A DNA stretch of 64,000 nucleotides. Origin: a candidate division FCPU426 bacterium (GTDB taxonomy: Bacteria; Oederibacteriota; PGYV01; Palsa-1178). Made by a program: the position numbers and the translations under genes. The stretch lies in assembly GCA_963840035.1 (NCBI GenBank), contig CAWIXE010000003.1, positions 320,001 through 384,000 of the forward strand, read 5' to 3'. Shown in pieces: positions 27,629 through 37,136 of this stretch (position 1 is its first letter; every line of letters starts with the position of its first letter). Below the pieces are notes generated by a model that was not told the DNA's origin, searched no databases, and saw nothing but the letters and a program-made list of their open reading frames with translations.

Positions 27629-28816
27629 ATTAAGAGCGTGGATGACGCGGAGCTTGACGCCTGCGCTAGGCGCATACTTATCGTTCCTGCAATACAGCGA
27701 GCATCCATCCGCCTGGTATTTATCATTGCGGCGCTTGTCTTTGTCATGATGCCCGCGGCGCTTCACGCCGAGAGTTATGTTAACGTAAAGTACCTGGAAA
27801 GCCAGCCCGGAATAAGCGTGGAATACAACTGGCAGCAGGCGCTGATAATTGTAAGGGGTAAGGCGGGTGAAGCCACGATAATACTGAATTACCCGTACGT
27901 CACTTCCGGTAAAAATATAGCCAGGATTGACACCCCACCGTTTATTGAAAATGGCAAGCTTTTTATAAGCCAGATGACTTCAGACAAGATAATGGAGTTT
28001 GTCAATGAAACACGGATTGCGCAGGCGACAGCTGTGGTTGTTAAGGTAGTCACGGCAAAACCGGCGAACACACCAATACCGGCGCCGACAAAAGAGGCTG
28101 TGGTAATCGCGACGTTAATACCCGAACCCACAAAGGAAATAATCCGGGTCGAAGAATCTTCAAAATCAAACCAGAGAAAGCTCATAGTCATAGACCCGGG
28201 TCACGGAGGAAATGACCCCGGGGCAATAGGCAAAGAGGGGCTGCAGGAAAAGGACGTGGTCCTGCCTGTGGCGGAAAAAGTGGAAAGGTATTTAAAAAGC
28301 AAGGGCCTTGATGTACTCATAACCAGGAACTCGGATAAATTCATAACCCTTAAAAACAGGGCTTATTTTGCCAATGACAGAAAAGCGGATTTATTCGTTT
28401 CCATACACTGTAACGCCTCCCCTGACAGGGCAGCCATGGGCACAAGGGCGTACATTTACAGCCGGGTGGCGTCCTCAAAAGCCGCGGCAGAGGCAGCCAA
28501 GTGGGAAAATAAGGACGTAGGCGCTTTTGAATTTTTGCTTAATGACCTGCGCAAAGGCGCGTATGAATACCTAAGCATAGAAGCCGCCGGAAACATCCAG
28601 CACAACCTGGTCAGCGAGCTGAAACTAAAGTGGGAACCCACAGAGCGCGCGCCGTTTTACGTGCTGGCAAACACAAACATGCCCTCAGTGCTTGTGGAAA
28701 TCGCATTCATATCAAACCCTAAAGAAGAAGAAAAATTAGATTCTGACGGGTTCAGGTCAAAAGTTGCTGAAGGTATTGGCAGCGGTGTTATGCAGTACCT
28801 TGAAAAGATCAAATAA
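27629..28816 (+). CDS. N-acetylmuramoyl-L-alanine amidase (Amidase_3, AmiC-like); start uncertain
   Basis: IDPGHGG.DPGA, EKD, R...AN, FVSIHCNA, F.VL....MPSVLVE.AFISN..E; signal peptide ending ALHA. Confidence 0.92.
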   Translation: MKSVDDAELDACARRILIVPAIQRASIRLVFIIAALVFVMMPAALHAESYVNVKYLESQPGISVEYNWQQALIIVRGKAGEATIILNYPYVTSGKNIARIDTPPFIENGKLFISQMTSDKIMEFVNETRIAQATAVVVKVVTAKPANTPIPAPTKEAVVIATLIPEPTKEIIRVEESSKSNQRKLIVIDPGHGGNDPGAIGKEGLQEKDVVLPVAEKVERYLKSKGLDVLITRNSDKFITLKNRAYFANDRKADLFVSIHCNASPDRAAMGTRAYIYSRVASSKAAAEAAKWENKDVGAFEFLLNDLRKGAYEYLSIEAAGNIQHNLVSELKLKWEPTERAPFYVLANTNMPSVLVEIAFISNPKEEEKLDSDGFRSKVAEGIGSGVMQYLEKIK

Positions 28817-28864
28817 TAATTACCAATTACCAATGACTAATTACGAATAAGGAATCATCTCCCT

Positions 28865-28947
28865 GTAGGGGCCGCCCCATGTGGCGGCCTGGACGAAGGA
28901 TTATAATGGGGGAAATTGAAGTTGTAGGGGCGATTCACGAATCGCCC
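28865..28947 (+). repeat. two forward REPs (GTAGGGGCCGCCCCATGTGGCGGCC; GTAGGGGCGATTCACGAATCGCCC)
   Basis: GTAG followed by a palindrome at 28865 and 28924. Confidence 0.8.
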
Positions 28948-28963
28948 AAAGGAAGGATCTGAA

Positions 28964-30298
28964 GTGGGAAAAAACAAAATAAAAATAGTAACCGTAATAA
29001 TATTCGTGTTTTTGTTCGTAATTGCGCGTGCAGAAGAAACAGACGCCCTTAAACAGGATCCCTGGTGGTTTGGCGGGATGAACCGTCTTGCAGCGATGGG
29101 GGGGTTATCTTTTTCGCTTTTTGACATATCGGTAAAAAATGACGCTTATGACTACGATTATATATCCGCAATGGTTTTCAGGGACAAGAAAAACATAGTG
29201 TCAATATCCCCTTCTATAAACATTGGCAGGAATAAACTGGATTATTCGGTTAATGTTTTCAGAAATAACCAATATATGACCGGACTATGGCTTACAAATG
29301 ATGACTGTCTTATTTTGAAGCCGGTATATTTAAAAACAAATTTTATCGATGGAGATTATAATACAAGCAAATACCTTTTTTCTTTTGACCTGCAGTATGC
29401 GCGCAGGCTTTCGGAAAAAACCGCAGCTGGAGCAAGGCTGCGGTATCTGTCGTCTGAAGACAGTTCAAACATGCCGTTTTATGCAAGCACAGATATGCGC
29501 TATAGGATTGACTGGTCGGTCGATTATTCGTGGACCGGCAATGCGGAAGAATACGGTAAGCTGTTTGGCCCTGACGCAAAAATAGCGTACTCGGTTGCCA
29601 TCGGGAACAGAAGGTCAAATGTATATGACTTTAGTGGTGTGGAAAGTTATCCGCACACCGGAACCATAGAAGGATGTAACAGGGAGTTTAATTTTAAATC
29701 AGGCACATATTTTTTAAAAAGAAATTCGTCAAATTTCTGCCTGGACTTATCATTTGCGAATACTATTACCACTGATAAAGACGGTTCGGGGCTTCTGCTG
29801 AACTTAGCTGTGCTTTCTAACCTGCTGGGTAATAGCCTGGAGGAGCGCGGTAATAATGACATTGTTGAAAGCAGGACGAAAACGGGATATTTTGGGATTG
29901 GCGTTGATGGGGAAGTGGCGTTTAAATGGGTTATTTATAAGAACTGGATTTTAAGCGGTAAAAAAATCCTTACAGCGTATTTTGAAAAAAATAGTAATAT
30001 GCAGTTAGATATAAGCCAGAATCTCGGGCTCGGAATTTTGTGGAAAAATGACTGCCTGCTGACGGCGTTTGAATACGTTGAAGGATATGGGCTGCGGTTT
30101 GGCGCTGAAGGCAATATAAACAAAACCGTGTATTTACGGTCGGGCTATAACATAAACACCTATACTTCAGAAGAAAAAGCAAGCGCCGGGATAGGATTTG
30201 ATCTTAAGGATTTTATTGTTAATGCTTCCGTTTTAAAGGGGATAAAAAACAGCGATTATTCGACATATCTTATGGCGGATGTTAAGCTGATCTTTTAA
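28964..30298 (+). CDS. putative outer-membrane beta-barrel protein
   Basis: Signal peptide; R.AAMGG plug-like motif (FadL/PorV-like); LRFGAE, LR.GY strands; terminal F. Confidence 0.6.
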   Translation: MGKNKIKIVTVIIFVFLFVIARAEETDALKQDPWWFGGMNRLAAMGGLSFSLFDISVKNDAYDYDYISAMVFRDKKNIVSISPSINIGRNKLDYSVNVFRNNQYMTGLWLTNDDCLILKPVYLKTNFIDGDYNTSKYLFSFDLQYARRLSEKTAAGARLRYLSSEDSSNMPFYASTDMRYRIDWSVDYSWTGNAEEYGKLFGPDAKIAYSVAIGNRRSNVYDFSGVESYPHTGTIEGCNREFNFKSGTYFLKRNSSNFCLDLSFANTITTDKDGSGLLLNLAVLSNLLGNSLEERGNNDIVESRTKTGYFGIGVDGEVAFKWVIYKNWILSGKKILTAYFEKNSNMQLDISQNLGLGILWKNDCLLTAFEYVEGYGLRFGAEGNINKTVYLRSGYNINTYTSEEKASAGIGFDLKDFIVNASVLKGIKNSDYSTYLMADVKLIF

Positions 30299-30307
30299 GA
30301 ACACATC

Positions 30308-31111
30308 TTACTTCTTCGCCAGAAACCTTATCGCCTTTTCCAGCTCTTCCACGTCTATAAACGTATCCTTGCACGGGCCGTGCGGCCTCTGGTTGGTTAT
30401 TGCAAGTATCGGCATAAAGTGCGGGGAATCCGCCATTCCTGAAATCAGGTCCCTTTCGCATGCCACTCCTATAATCGCGTCCGGCCTTATTTTTTTTACC
30501 ATCTGCCTGGCTGAGGAACCGCCGGTGGCTGTGAATACGTGACAGCCGTATTTTTGGACTATCTCGGTTACTTTTGTCCTGCTTTCCTTATCCAGGCAGC
30601 GGGGAAGGAGCACAAGCAGGTTTTGCGCGGCGAACTGTTTTTTTGTGGTGAATATCAGCGCGTTATTGACCTTTAACAATGAATGGCCTAATCTGTCCTT
30701 TGATATGCCGAACATGCCGCCTATTTTATACACAAGGGGATATATCCACTCAATATGAAGCCCGCTTTTTCTTCTTACGGGGATGAAGTTAATGTTTGTG
30801 GCGAGGGTCAACAGGAGCAGCAGAGTCCAGAAGTAAAGCGCGCCGAAAACTGAAATAACAACCCACATGACAACATTATCCAGAATCGGGTTAATGTCAT
30901 AAAGGCGGGGGGCTATAAGGTAGTAGACAAACATGGAAATTCCGGTCAATATAACAAGGGAGGCCATGTAGAAAATGACGAAAAGGCGTTTGCCTTCCTG
31001 AATTTTTCTCTCATATCCTGAAAGGTCGCCGACCCACTCAGACCACTCATCGCCGAGCTTGCGGTCGATGGACTCTTTAGTCGCGTCAGTTATCTTTTGT
31101 TCGTCAGTCAT
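30308..31111 (-). CDS. DUF116 domain membrane protein
   Basis: LLVLLPRCL, ATGGS.AR, AIIGVACERDL.SG, RPHGPCKDT; two N-terminal TMs. Confidence 0.88.
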   Translation of the reverse strand: MTDEQKITDATKESIDRKLGDEWSEWVGDLSGYERKIQEGKRLFVIFYMASLVILTGISMFVYYLIAPRLYDINPILDNVVMWVVISVFGALYFWTLLLLLTLATNINFIPVRRKSGLHIEWIYPLVYKIGGMFGISKDRLGHSLLKVNNALIFTTKKQFAAQNLLVLLPRCLDKESRTKVTEIVQKYGCHVFTATGGSSARQMVKKIRPDAIIGVACERDLISGMADSPHFMPILAITNQRPHGPCKDTFIDVEELEKAIRFLAKK

Positions 31112-31159
31112 TTTGTCTCCCGTTGTTTAGGATGAGGTCTAAAGCCCAGAGCCCAAAGC

Positions 31160-32095
31160 TCAAGTAAAATCAAACCTTGGGCTATGGGCTTTGGGCTCTG
31201 CTTTATAAACCCCGAGTACCATCATCCGTCCGGTAACGCCTTTATCCCGCCTGTGCGAGTAGAAGAGTTCCGGGTTGTCCGATGTGCACATGGAGCAAAT
31301 ATGTATGTTTTTGACTTTCAAGCCTTCGGCTATAAGCAGGTTTTTAGCGCCCTGCCATAAGTTCATATATATTCCATCAGCTTTCTTCTTAAATATAGTA
31401 CTAAAAACCTTCTGCTTTTGCAATTTATATACTTCAGGCCCCACCTGGTAACAGCATGGACCGATTGCCGGGGAAACCGCGGCGATCAAATCCTTTGGAT
31501 TAGAACCGAACTCATTTTTCATGATCTTTATGGTTTTAGCTGGTATTTTATTGGCAATGCCGCGCCAGCCCGAGTGGACAGCGGCGATAACCTTATTTAC
31601 CGGGTCTATGATGACAGTCCCGACACAATCGGCAACCCGCACGCCTACGGCAAGTCCGGGGATGTCTGTTATCAGGGCATCAGCCTCTGTGTCTAAGATT
31701 TTGTTTAATTCCAGATTCTGGATTCCAGATTCTGGATTAACTTCGAACAACAAATACTGCGATTTTTTTATTTTGGGATTTGTGATTCGGGATTTGTGAT
31801 TATTGCCACAACTTTTTATGACAACCACCCCATCCCCGTGCACCTGTCTGGCCGCGCTGACGTACCTGATGCCGAGGGCCTTTTCCATGAGAAGTATGTT
31901 CTTAGCTATCTTCTTATCATCATCTTCGGTGTGTTTTCCTATATTGAGCGAACCAAACGGGCTCTTGCTTACACCGCCGATACGGGTAGTGAAGGTTTGG
32001 GTAAAACCGGGAATGGCTGATATGGCATCACAGGATATAAGTTTTAGTCTGCCTTTATGTATGAGTGAAAAACCTTTTGGTATTTTAGTTTTCAT
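31160..32095 (-). CDS. pgeF: peptidoglycan editing factor PgeF/YfiH (laccase-like domain)
   Basis: FTTR.GGVS..PF.SLN, QVHG, ADALIT, VADC, HSGWRG, PAIGPCCY.V, CT......FYSHRR..G.TGRM. Confidence 0.95.
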   Translation of the reverse strand: MKTKIPKGFSLIHKGRLKLISCDAISAIPGFTQTFTTRIGGVSKSPFGSLNIGKHTEDDDKKIAKNILLMEKALGIRYVSAARQVHGDGVVVIKSCGNNHKSRITNPKIKKSQYLLFEVNPESGIQNLELNKILDTEADALITDIPGLAVGVRVADCVGTVIIDPVNKVIAAVHSGWRGIANKIPAKTIKIMKNEFGSNPKDLIAAVSPAIGPCCYQVGPEVYKLQKQKVFSTIFKKKADGIYMNLWQGAKNLLIAEGLKVKNIHICSMCTSDNPELFYSHRRDKGVTGRMMVLGVYKAEPKAHSPRFDFT

Positions 32096-32130
32096 GGAAT
32101 GTATTATAACATAAAAAGGATTTAGATTTT

Positions 32131-32190
32131 GCAGCGGGCGGATTAAATCCGCCCGTTCCGACGGCGGGACGCATATAATGCGTCCGTTAC
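32131..32190. repeat. degenerate REPIN (GTAGCGGGCGGA-type)
   Basis: gcagcgggcggattaaatccgcccg...ggacgcatataatgcgtccgttac; related to 40700-40759. Confidence 0.7.
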
Positions 32191-32217
32191 GAAACCATGT
32201 GGTTTGATTTTCCGGGA

Positions 32218-32850
32218 TTAAAAGCTGTACCGTACTCCGGCCCTCATGATGGGCAGCGGGTCGTTGGTTATAAGGCCGCTGTCTGTGTCGGGTTTGTTCG
32301 TAAATTTGAATAACAAGACAGTGGTTTCTATGAAAAATTTAAACTGCGGGAATATCTCTGATGTCAGGCCTACAGTCGGGTTGCCTATGCCGAAGAGCAT
32401 GGAGGCATCCTCGTCAAGAGCCGCGGAAAAGCCAAGGCCGGCGTAAAAATTTTCTGTAAACATATAACAGCCGTTAGCCATTATAAGAGCCATGAATATA
32501 TCGCCGTCGTACATGATGCCGGCGAAAACAGTCGTAAAGACATTCTTATCCACAACCCTGCTGTATGAAATGCCGGGTATGATCCTTCCGGGTATGCCGA
32601 CGTCTATGCCAATGGAGTTCTTATAATCCGCGGGTTTCGCAGCAACAGACGCGCTTTCAGGGCCGACTAAAGTTATGCCTTCCGCAGTGTCAGAAGCGGC
32701 GGAAAGCGTCACTGACTGGGCTGCTTCCTGAGCCTTTGCGTCCGCGGCAGCCGCGATGTTTTCCGCGGTTAAGTTGTCTGTTTCTTCATCGGCAGAAAGG
32801 GCAAATACCGGCAATAACAGCGCAAGAAACAAAATAAGTGTTTTTTTCAT
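32218..32850 (-). CDS. secreted putative outer-membrane beta-barrel protein (paralog of 5234-5836)
   Basis: Signal peptide; shared motifs; C-terminal AGVRYSF beta-signal; TTGACA-17-TATCAT promoter at 32906-32878. Confidence 0.75.
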   Translation of the reverse strand: MKKTLILFLALLLPVFALSADEETDNLTAENIAAAADAKAQEAAQSVTLSAASDTAEGITLVGPESASVAAKPADYKNSIGIDVGIPGRIIPGISYSRVVDKNVFTTVFAGIMYDGDIFMALIMANGCYMFTENFYAGLGFSAALDEDASMLFGIGNPTVGLTSEIFPQFKFFIETTVLLFKFTNKPDTDSGLITNDPLPIMRAGVRYSF

Positions 32851-32910
32851 AAAGACCGCCTTTATTTGATTTTTATTATGATAATGGGAAAATGACTCAA
32901 TGTCAAGAGT

Positions 32911-32990
32911 AGAGAGGGGGATGGGTGAGGGGTGAGGTGAAAACAATTGCCTTATTCCCCTCACCCTACCCTATCCCAAATGGGAGAGGG
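32911..32990. repeat. GGGTGAGGGG/CCCCTCACCC...GGGAGAGGG palindromic element
   Basis: gggtgagggg...cccctcaccc inverted pair, then ccctatccc-aaat-gggagaggg. Confidence 0.7.
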
Positions 32991-33142
32991 ATAAAAGAGC
33001 AAATCAAATTACACACAATTAATAACAGTATCGAGGTGAGTGTTTACATGGTGAAGTATTCAATAAGGACTGTTGAGGCCATTGTGACCATTGAGATTAT
33101 TGAGACTCAAGGTCTGCTGTTTTTATGTTATAATTACCTACC

Positions 33143-34075
33143 ATGAAAAAACTGAATATTATATTACTGTATATTCTCACAGCCGTGTCAGCCCAGGGGT
33201 TCGTAAATGACGGGTTCCCCAGGGAGTACAACTATAACTATGACAGCTGGTCTAACCGTATTTATATTTCGGATAACGGCAAATACCTTGAAACGGCTTA
33301 TGGCATAAAGGTTTTCCTGCGGCTTGATGAGTCAAAAACAGAGATTCCCGTAAACGTGGCTGCACAGGCGTACTATGCCATGATAAAAAAAGAACCGGAG
33401 GATAAGCTCCTGCTTATATGGTTCTCGAGGAAAAGCAATCAGGGCGCGATTATATTAAGCGATAACATCAAGACCCTTTTCCCGGAAAAGTATGTCCTAT
33501 CCCTTCAAAATGACGTGTTAAACGGGCTTATGGGCAATAAATGGTACGCGCCGGAGCAAAACATTTTGGCCAAGATACTGGGCGGATTTATTTACATGCT
33601 TGAAAAAACCACCATGTCAAAAGCGCAGCTGGAAAATTCACGGGACCGCATGATAATCGTGGATGACCCGCTTTACAGGATGTCGCTTGTCCCCATGGTC
33701 GATGACGCCATAAGGATGTGTTACGCCGAGCCTATTTCATTCATCTTTTACTTTCCTTTTGTTATGTACTTCCTGATGGTCAGGTGGATAGGCATGCAGT
33801 TTGGCCGTAAGGGTTTTTATATTTCCACAGCTGCCTGGGCAGGGTGCATGTTTTTAATGGCAATACTCATAATGGGAAGGATAAACATATATTTTCCGTA
33901 TTATTTAAGCGTGTTTTTTCTCGTGTCGGCGATTAACATGCCGCTTTACACTGCGGCCTATGTGTTTTACAGGGACAGGATAGAAAATGCCGCGTTTAAA
34001 TACCTGGAAGAAATAAGCGGCGGAGGCTTTGATAAACTCAATTCTTTTGAGGGAAAAAAGTGGGAGTCAAAATAA
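33143..34075 (+). CDS. membrane protein with N-terminal periplasmic TPM-like domain and 3 TMs
   Basis: Signal peptide, alpha/beta domain, three C-terminal hydrophobic helices; directly abuts priA. Confidence 0.65.
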   Translation: MKKLNIILLYILTAVSAQGFVNDGFPREYNYNYDSWSNRIYISDNGKYLETAYGIKVFLRLDESKTEIPVNVAAQAYYAMIKKEPEDKLLLIWFSRKSNQGAIILSDNIKTLFPEKYVLSLQNDVLNGLMGNKWYAPEQNILAKILGGFIYMLEKTTMSKAQLENSRDRMIIVDDPLYRMSLVPMVDDAIRMCYAEPISFIFYFPFVMYFLMVRWIGMQFGRKGFYISTAAWAGCMFLMAILIMGRINIYFPYYLSVFFLVSAINMPLYTAAYVFYRDRIENAAFKYLEEISGGGFDKLNSFEGKKWESK

Positions 34076-36271
34076 GTGGCATATTATAGGACAGCGGTAT
34101 TTTCAAATGTGAACACCCTGCTTACATATAAGGCTGAGGGCGCCGGCGCTGAAAAGATAGGCTGCCGCGCCGCGGTTAAGATAGGCAATAAAACGGCTAC
34201 AGCGCTGGTGCTGGAGCATCTCAAAGAGCCGGATATAGACCCGTCTAAAATAAAGGCTGTCATGGAATTCCTCGATGAAACGCCGGTCATGGACAAATAC
34301 CTGATGAAACTCGGGCTCTGGATGGCCGAATATTACCTGTGTCCGCCGGGTCTGGTGTTCCAGACCATGCTTGCACCGCTTTTTAAGGTGACTTCAAAAA
34401 GGATAGTCAGGCTTTTAAACGAGGAACTGGAATTAAAGGGAAGGCAGTGCGATGTCGCGGAGTATTTAAAGGATAAGGACGGGCTTGAAGCCACGGTTAA
34501 AGAGATGGAAAAAGCGCTGAGGTTCAAAGGCCTTTCAGCGGTATTAAACGCGATGCGGGAAAAAGGCATTATAGAAATAGAGGAAAAAGACAGTTCTAAG
34601 GGAATTAGGAAGAAGAAACTTAAACCCGGCACAGGCTCGGATTCCGAAGACCCTAATATAATTTTAACGCCCGAACAGCAGGCGGCTTTTGACGCTTTGG
34701 CAGGGAACATAGACACGGGAAAGTACAAGACTTATTTGTTATTCGGCGCGACAGGTTCGGGAAAGACCGAGGTGTATGTGCGCGCGTCGCTGCACGCCGT
34801 AAATGCCGGCAAGAAAGCCATAGTGCTGGTGCCTGAAATATTTTTAACCCCCCAGGTGACCGCGAGGTTTAAAGGCTGCTTTAAGGACAGGATCGCCATA
34901 TTCCACAGCGCGCTGAAACCTGCCGAGCGTTACCACGAGTGGGACAGGATGAAGAACGGGGAGATAGACGTGGTCGTGGGCACGCGCTCAGCCATATTCG
35001 CGCCGTTTGATAATTTGGGGCTTATAATTGTAGATGAGGAATTTGACTCCTCATATAAGCAGGACAGCGAGCCAAGGTATAACGCCAGGGACACGGCAGT
35101 GTACAGGGCGTCACTGTGTGGGGCCACGGTAGTCCTCGGCAGCGCCACGCCGTCGGCTGAATCATATTTAAACGCGGTTACGGGAAAATACGGGATGCTG
35201 AAACTGCCGCACAGGGTAATGTCCCGGCCAATGCCGGAAATTAAAGTTGTGGATTTAAAAATTGACGCCAATAAGAACAAGGACCTTTTTCTCTCGGATG
35301 ACCTGATAAGGCCCATGCAGGAAGCGGTGGAAGCGGGCGGGCAGGCAGTGCTTTTCATAAACCGCCGCGGGTTTTCAAGCTATAATTTCTGCATGGAATG
35401 CGGCCACATAGAAAAATGCGTCAACTGCGACATACCGCTGGTATACCATAAGTCAGGCAGCACCTTAAGGTGCCATTACTGCGGTTATGAGAAAAAGCCC
35501 GAGGTGTTCTGCCCCAAATGCTCCAAACCCATATCATATAAAGGCGCCGGCACGCAGAGGGTGGAGGATGTTATCACAAAATTCTTTCCCGATAAAAGGA
35601 TAGAGCGCGTGGACATAGACGCCATGAAGGAAAAAGCGGGTTACTTTGACCTCTATGACAGGATTAAAAGGAAAGAGATAGACATAATAATCGGCACGCA
35701 GATGATATCCAAGGGATTTGATTTTCCGGAGGTGACATTCGTGGGCGTGGTTTCCATAGACGCGGTGCTTAACATGCCCGACTTCAGGGCTGAGGAGCGC
35801 GTTTTTCAGCTGCTCATGCAGGTGGCAGGCAGGGCAGGCAGGGGCGATAAGCCCGGCAAGGTCGTGATACAGACATTTAACCCGCTAAACCCGGCCATTG
35901 AAAACGTGAGGAAATATGAGACGGAGAAGTTCTATGAAGAGATGCTGTCCATCCGCAAAGACATGGGTTACCCGCCCTATAGCAGGATAATTCAGGTCAT
36001 AATACAGGACGAATCCATGGAAAAGGCCTTTAAGGACGCGGATGACGCGGCCGCGGTGATATATGAAGTGATGAGGAAGAATAATCTGAAAAATGTGGAT
36101 GTTTTAGGGCCGGCAGAGGCGCCGCTGTTTAGGATAAGGAACAAGTACAGGATGAGTATAATAATAAAGAGCAAAGATATTAAAGCTTTGAATATGATAG
36201 GCAGGGAATTAAAGAAAGGGACAAAGGCGATGGATGTGACTGTCGTTGTTGATCCCGGTAACATACTGTAG
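34076..36271 (+). CDS. priA: primosomal protein N' (replication restart helicase)
   Basis: GATGSGKTEVY, LVPEI.LT.Q, VGTRSA.F.P, DEE, LGSATP, NRRGF, two Cys-rich Zn motifs, GTQM..KG.DFP, QVAGRAGR. Confidence 0.98.
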   Translation: MAYYRTAVFSNVNTLLTYKAEGAGAEKIGCRAAVKIGNKTATALVLEHLKEPDIDPSKIKAVMEFLDETPVMDKYLMKLGLWMAEYYLCPPGLVFQTMLAPLFKVTSKRIVRLLNEELELKGRQCDVAEYLKDKDGLEATVKEMEKALRFKGLSAVLNAMREKGIIEIEEKDSSKGIRKKKLKPGTGSDSEDPNIILTPEQQAAFDALAGNIDTGKYKTYLLFGATGSGKTEVYVRASLHAVNAGKKAIVLVPEIFLTPQVTARFKGCFKDRIAIFHSALKPAERYHEWDRMKNGEIDVVVGTRSAIFAPFDNLGLIIVDEEFDSSYKQDSEPRYNARDTAVYRASLCGATVVLGSATPSAESYLNAVTGKYGMLKLPHRVMSRPMPEIKVVDLKIDANKNKDLFLSDDLIRPMQEAVEAGGQAVLFINRRGFSSYNFCMECGHIEKCVNCDIPLVYHKSGSTLRCHYCGYEKKPEVFCPKCSKPISYKGAGTQRVEDVITKFFPDKRIERVDIDAMKEKAGYFDLYDRIKRKEIDIIIGTQMISKGFDFPEVTFVGVVSIDAVLNMPDFRAEERVFQLLMQVAGRAGRGDKPGKVVIQTFNPLNPAIENVRKYETEKFYEEMLSIRKDMGYPPYSRIIQVIIQDESMEKAFKDADDAAAVIYEVMRKNNLKNVDVLGPAEAPLFRIRNKYRMSIIIKSKDIKALNMIGRELKKGTKAMDVTVVVDPGNIL

Positions 36272-36281
36272 GACCTAATGC

Positions 36282-36585
36282 GAGACACAGCAAGCTGTGT
36301 CTCTACGAGGGACTAAACCTGAAGGCGTTAGTTCTTTGTAGAGACGCAGCTTGCCTGCGTCTCAGACGTAGGAATTCAAGGCAGGGCAAAGGCGAGACAC
36401 AGCAAGCTGTGTCTCTACGAAGTGCTGAACCGTTACTGTTCTTGATATTTGTAGAGACGCAGCTTGCTGCGTCTCAGACGCGGGCTTAAAACAGGGCAAA
36501 TGCGAGACACAGCAAGCTGTGTCTCTACGAAAGGCGATGCCGTTATTGTTGTTGGTTTTTGTAGAGACGCAGCTTGCTGCGTCTC
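36282..36585. repeat. left REP array of RAYT: 6 alternating family-B REPs
   Basis: Reverse REPs at 36282, 36394, 36504; forward REPs at 36338, 36451, 36561. Confidence 0.95.
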
Positions 36586-36613
36586 AGACGTTGAAAACCA
36601 TAAGGGGGGATGG

Positions 36614-37132
36614 ATGACGTTATTTCGAAATAAATACAGGATAGAGACAACAAGATTGAAGGACTTTGATTACTCTCAGGTTGCTGATTATTATGTGACG
36701 ATTTGCGTCGATGACAGGATAAAGGTTTTTGGTACAATTGAAAATGGCAAAATACAATTGAACAGCAGCGGCGAATTGGCCGCTAAAATATGGAAAAACC
36801 TGGAAACCGATTATAAATTTATCAAGCTTGAAGACTATGTGATAATGCCGGAACACATGCATGGCACAATAAGAATCGGCAAAAAAACGGGCATTACGTT
36901 ATCAAGAATCATTCAGGCTTATAAATCGAAAAGCACTATCGCAATTAATAAGTCAAACCCGAAAAATACAACATTTAAATGGCAAAAAGGTTTTTTTGAC
37001 AGGGTAATACGGGATGATAAAGAGTTTTACTTTGTAACGGAGTATATTAAAAATAACCCTATAATGACCGACCCCGCCAATTATTATAAAGAGTGGTGGG
37101 AATTGCAGCAAATGCGCGAAGACGAGGCGTAA
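36614..37132 (+). CDS. REP-associated tyrosine transposase (RAYT/TnpA-REP, Y1 HUH family)
   Basis: RL..FDYS....YYVTIC, VIMPEHMHG (HUH), KWQKGFFDRVIR, EYIKNNP (catalytic Tyr); RBS AGGGGG before the ATG at 36614; flanked by REPs. Confidence 0.93.
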   Translation: MTLFRNKYRIETTRLKDFDYSQVADYYVTICVDDRIKVFGTIENGKIQLNSSGELAAKIWKNLETDYKFIKLEDYVIMPEHMHGTIRIGKKTGITLSRIIQAYKSKSTIAINKSNPKNTTFKWQKGFFDRVIRDDKEFYFVTEYIKNNPIMTDPANYYKEWWELQQMREDEA

Positions 37133-37136
37133 AGGC

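Noticed and set aside
36464..36613. N-terminal extension of the RAYT ORF
   Set aside because: It is translated REP sequence; RBS and family motifs point to ATG 36614.
36614..37132. IS200/IS605 element with TnpB/IscB
   Set aside because: No tnpB or iscB is adjacent; the flanks are multi-copy GTAG REPs and the N-terminal RL..FDYS motif is RAYT-type.
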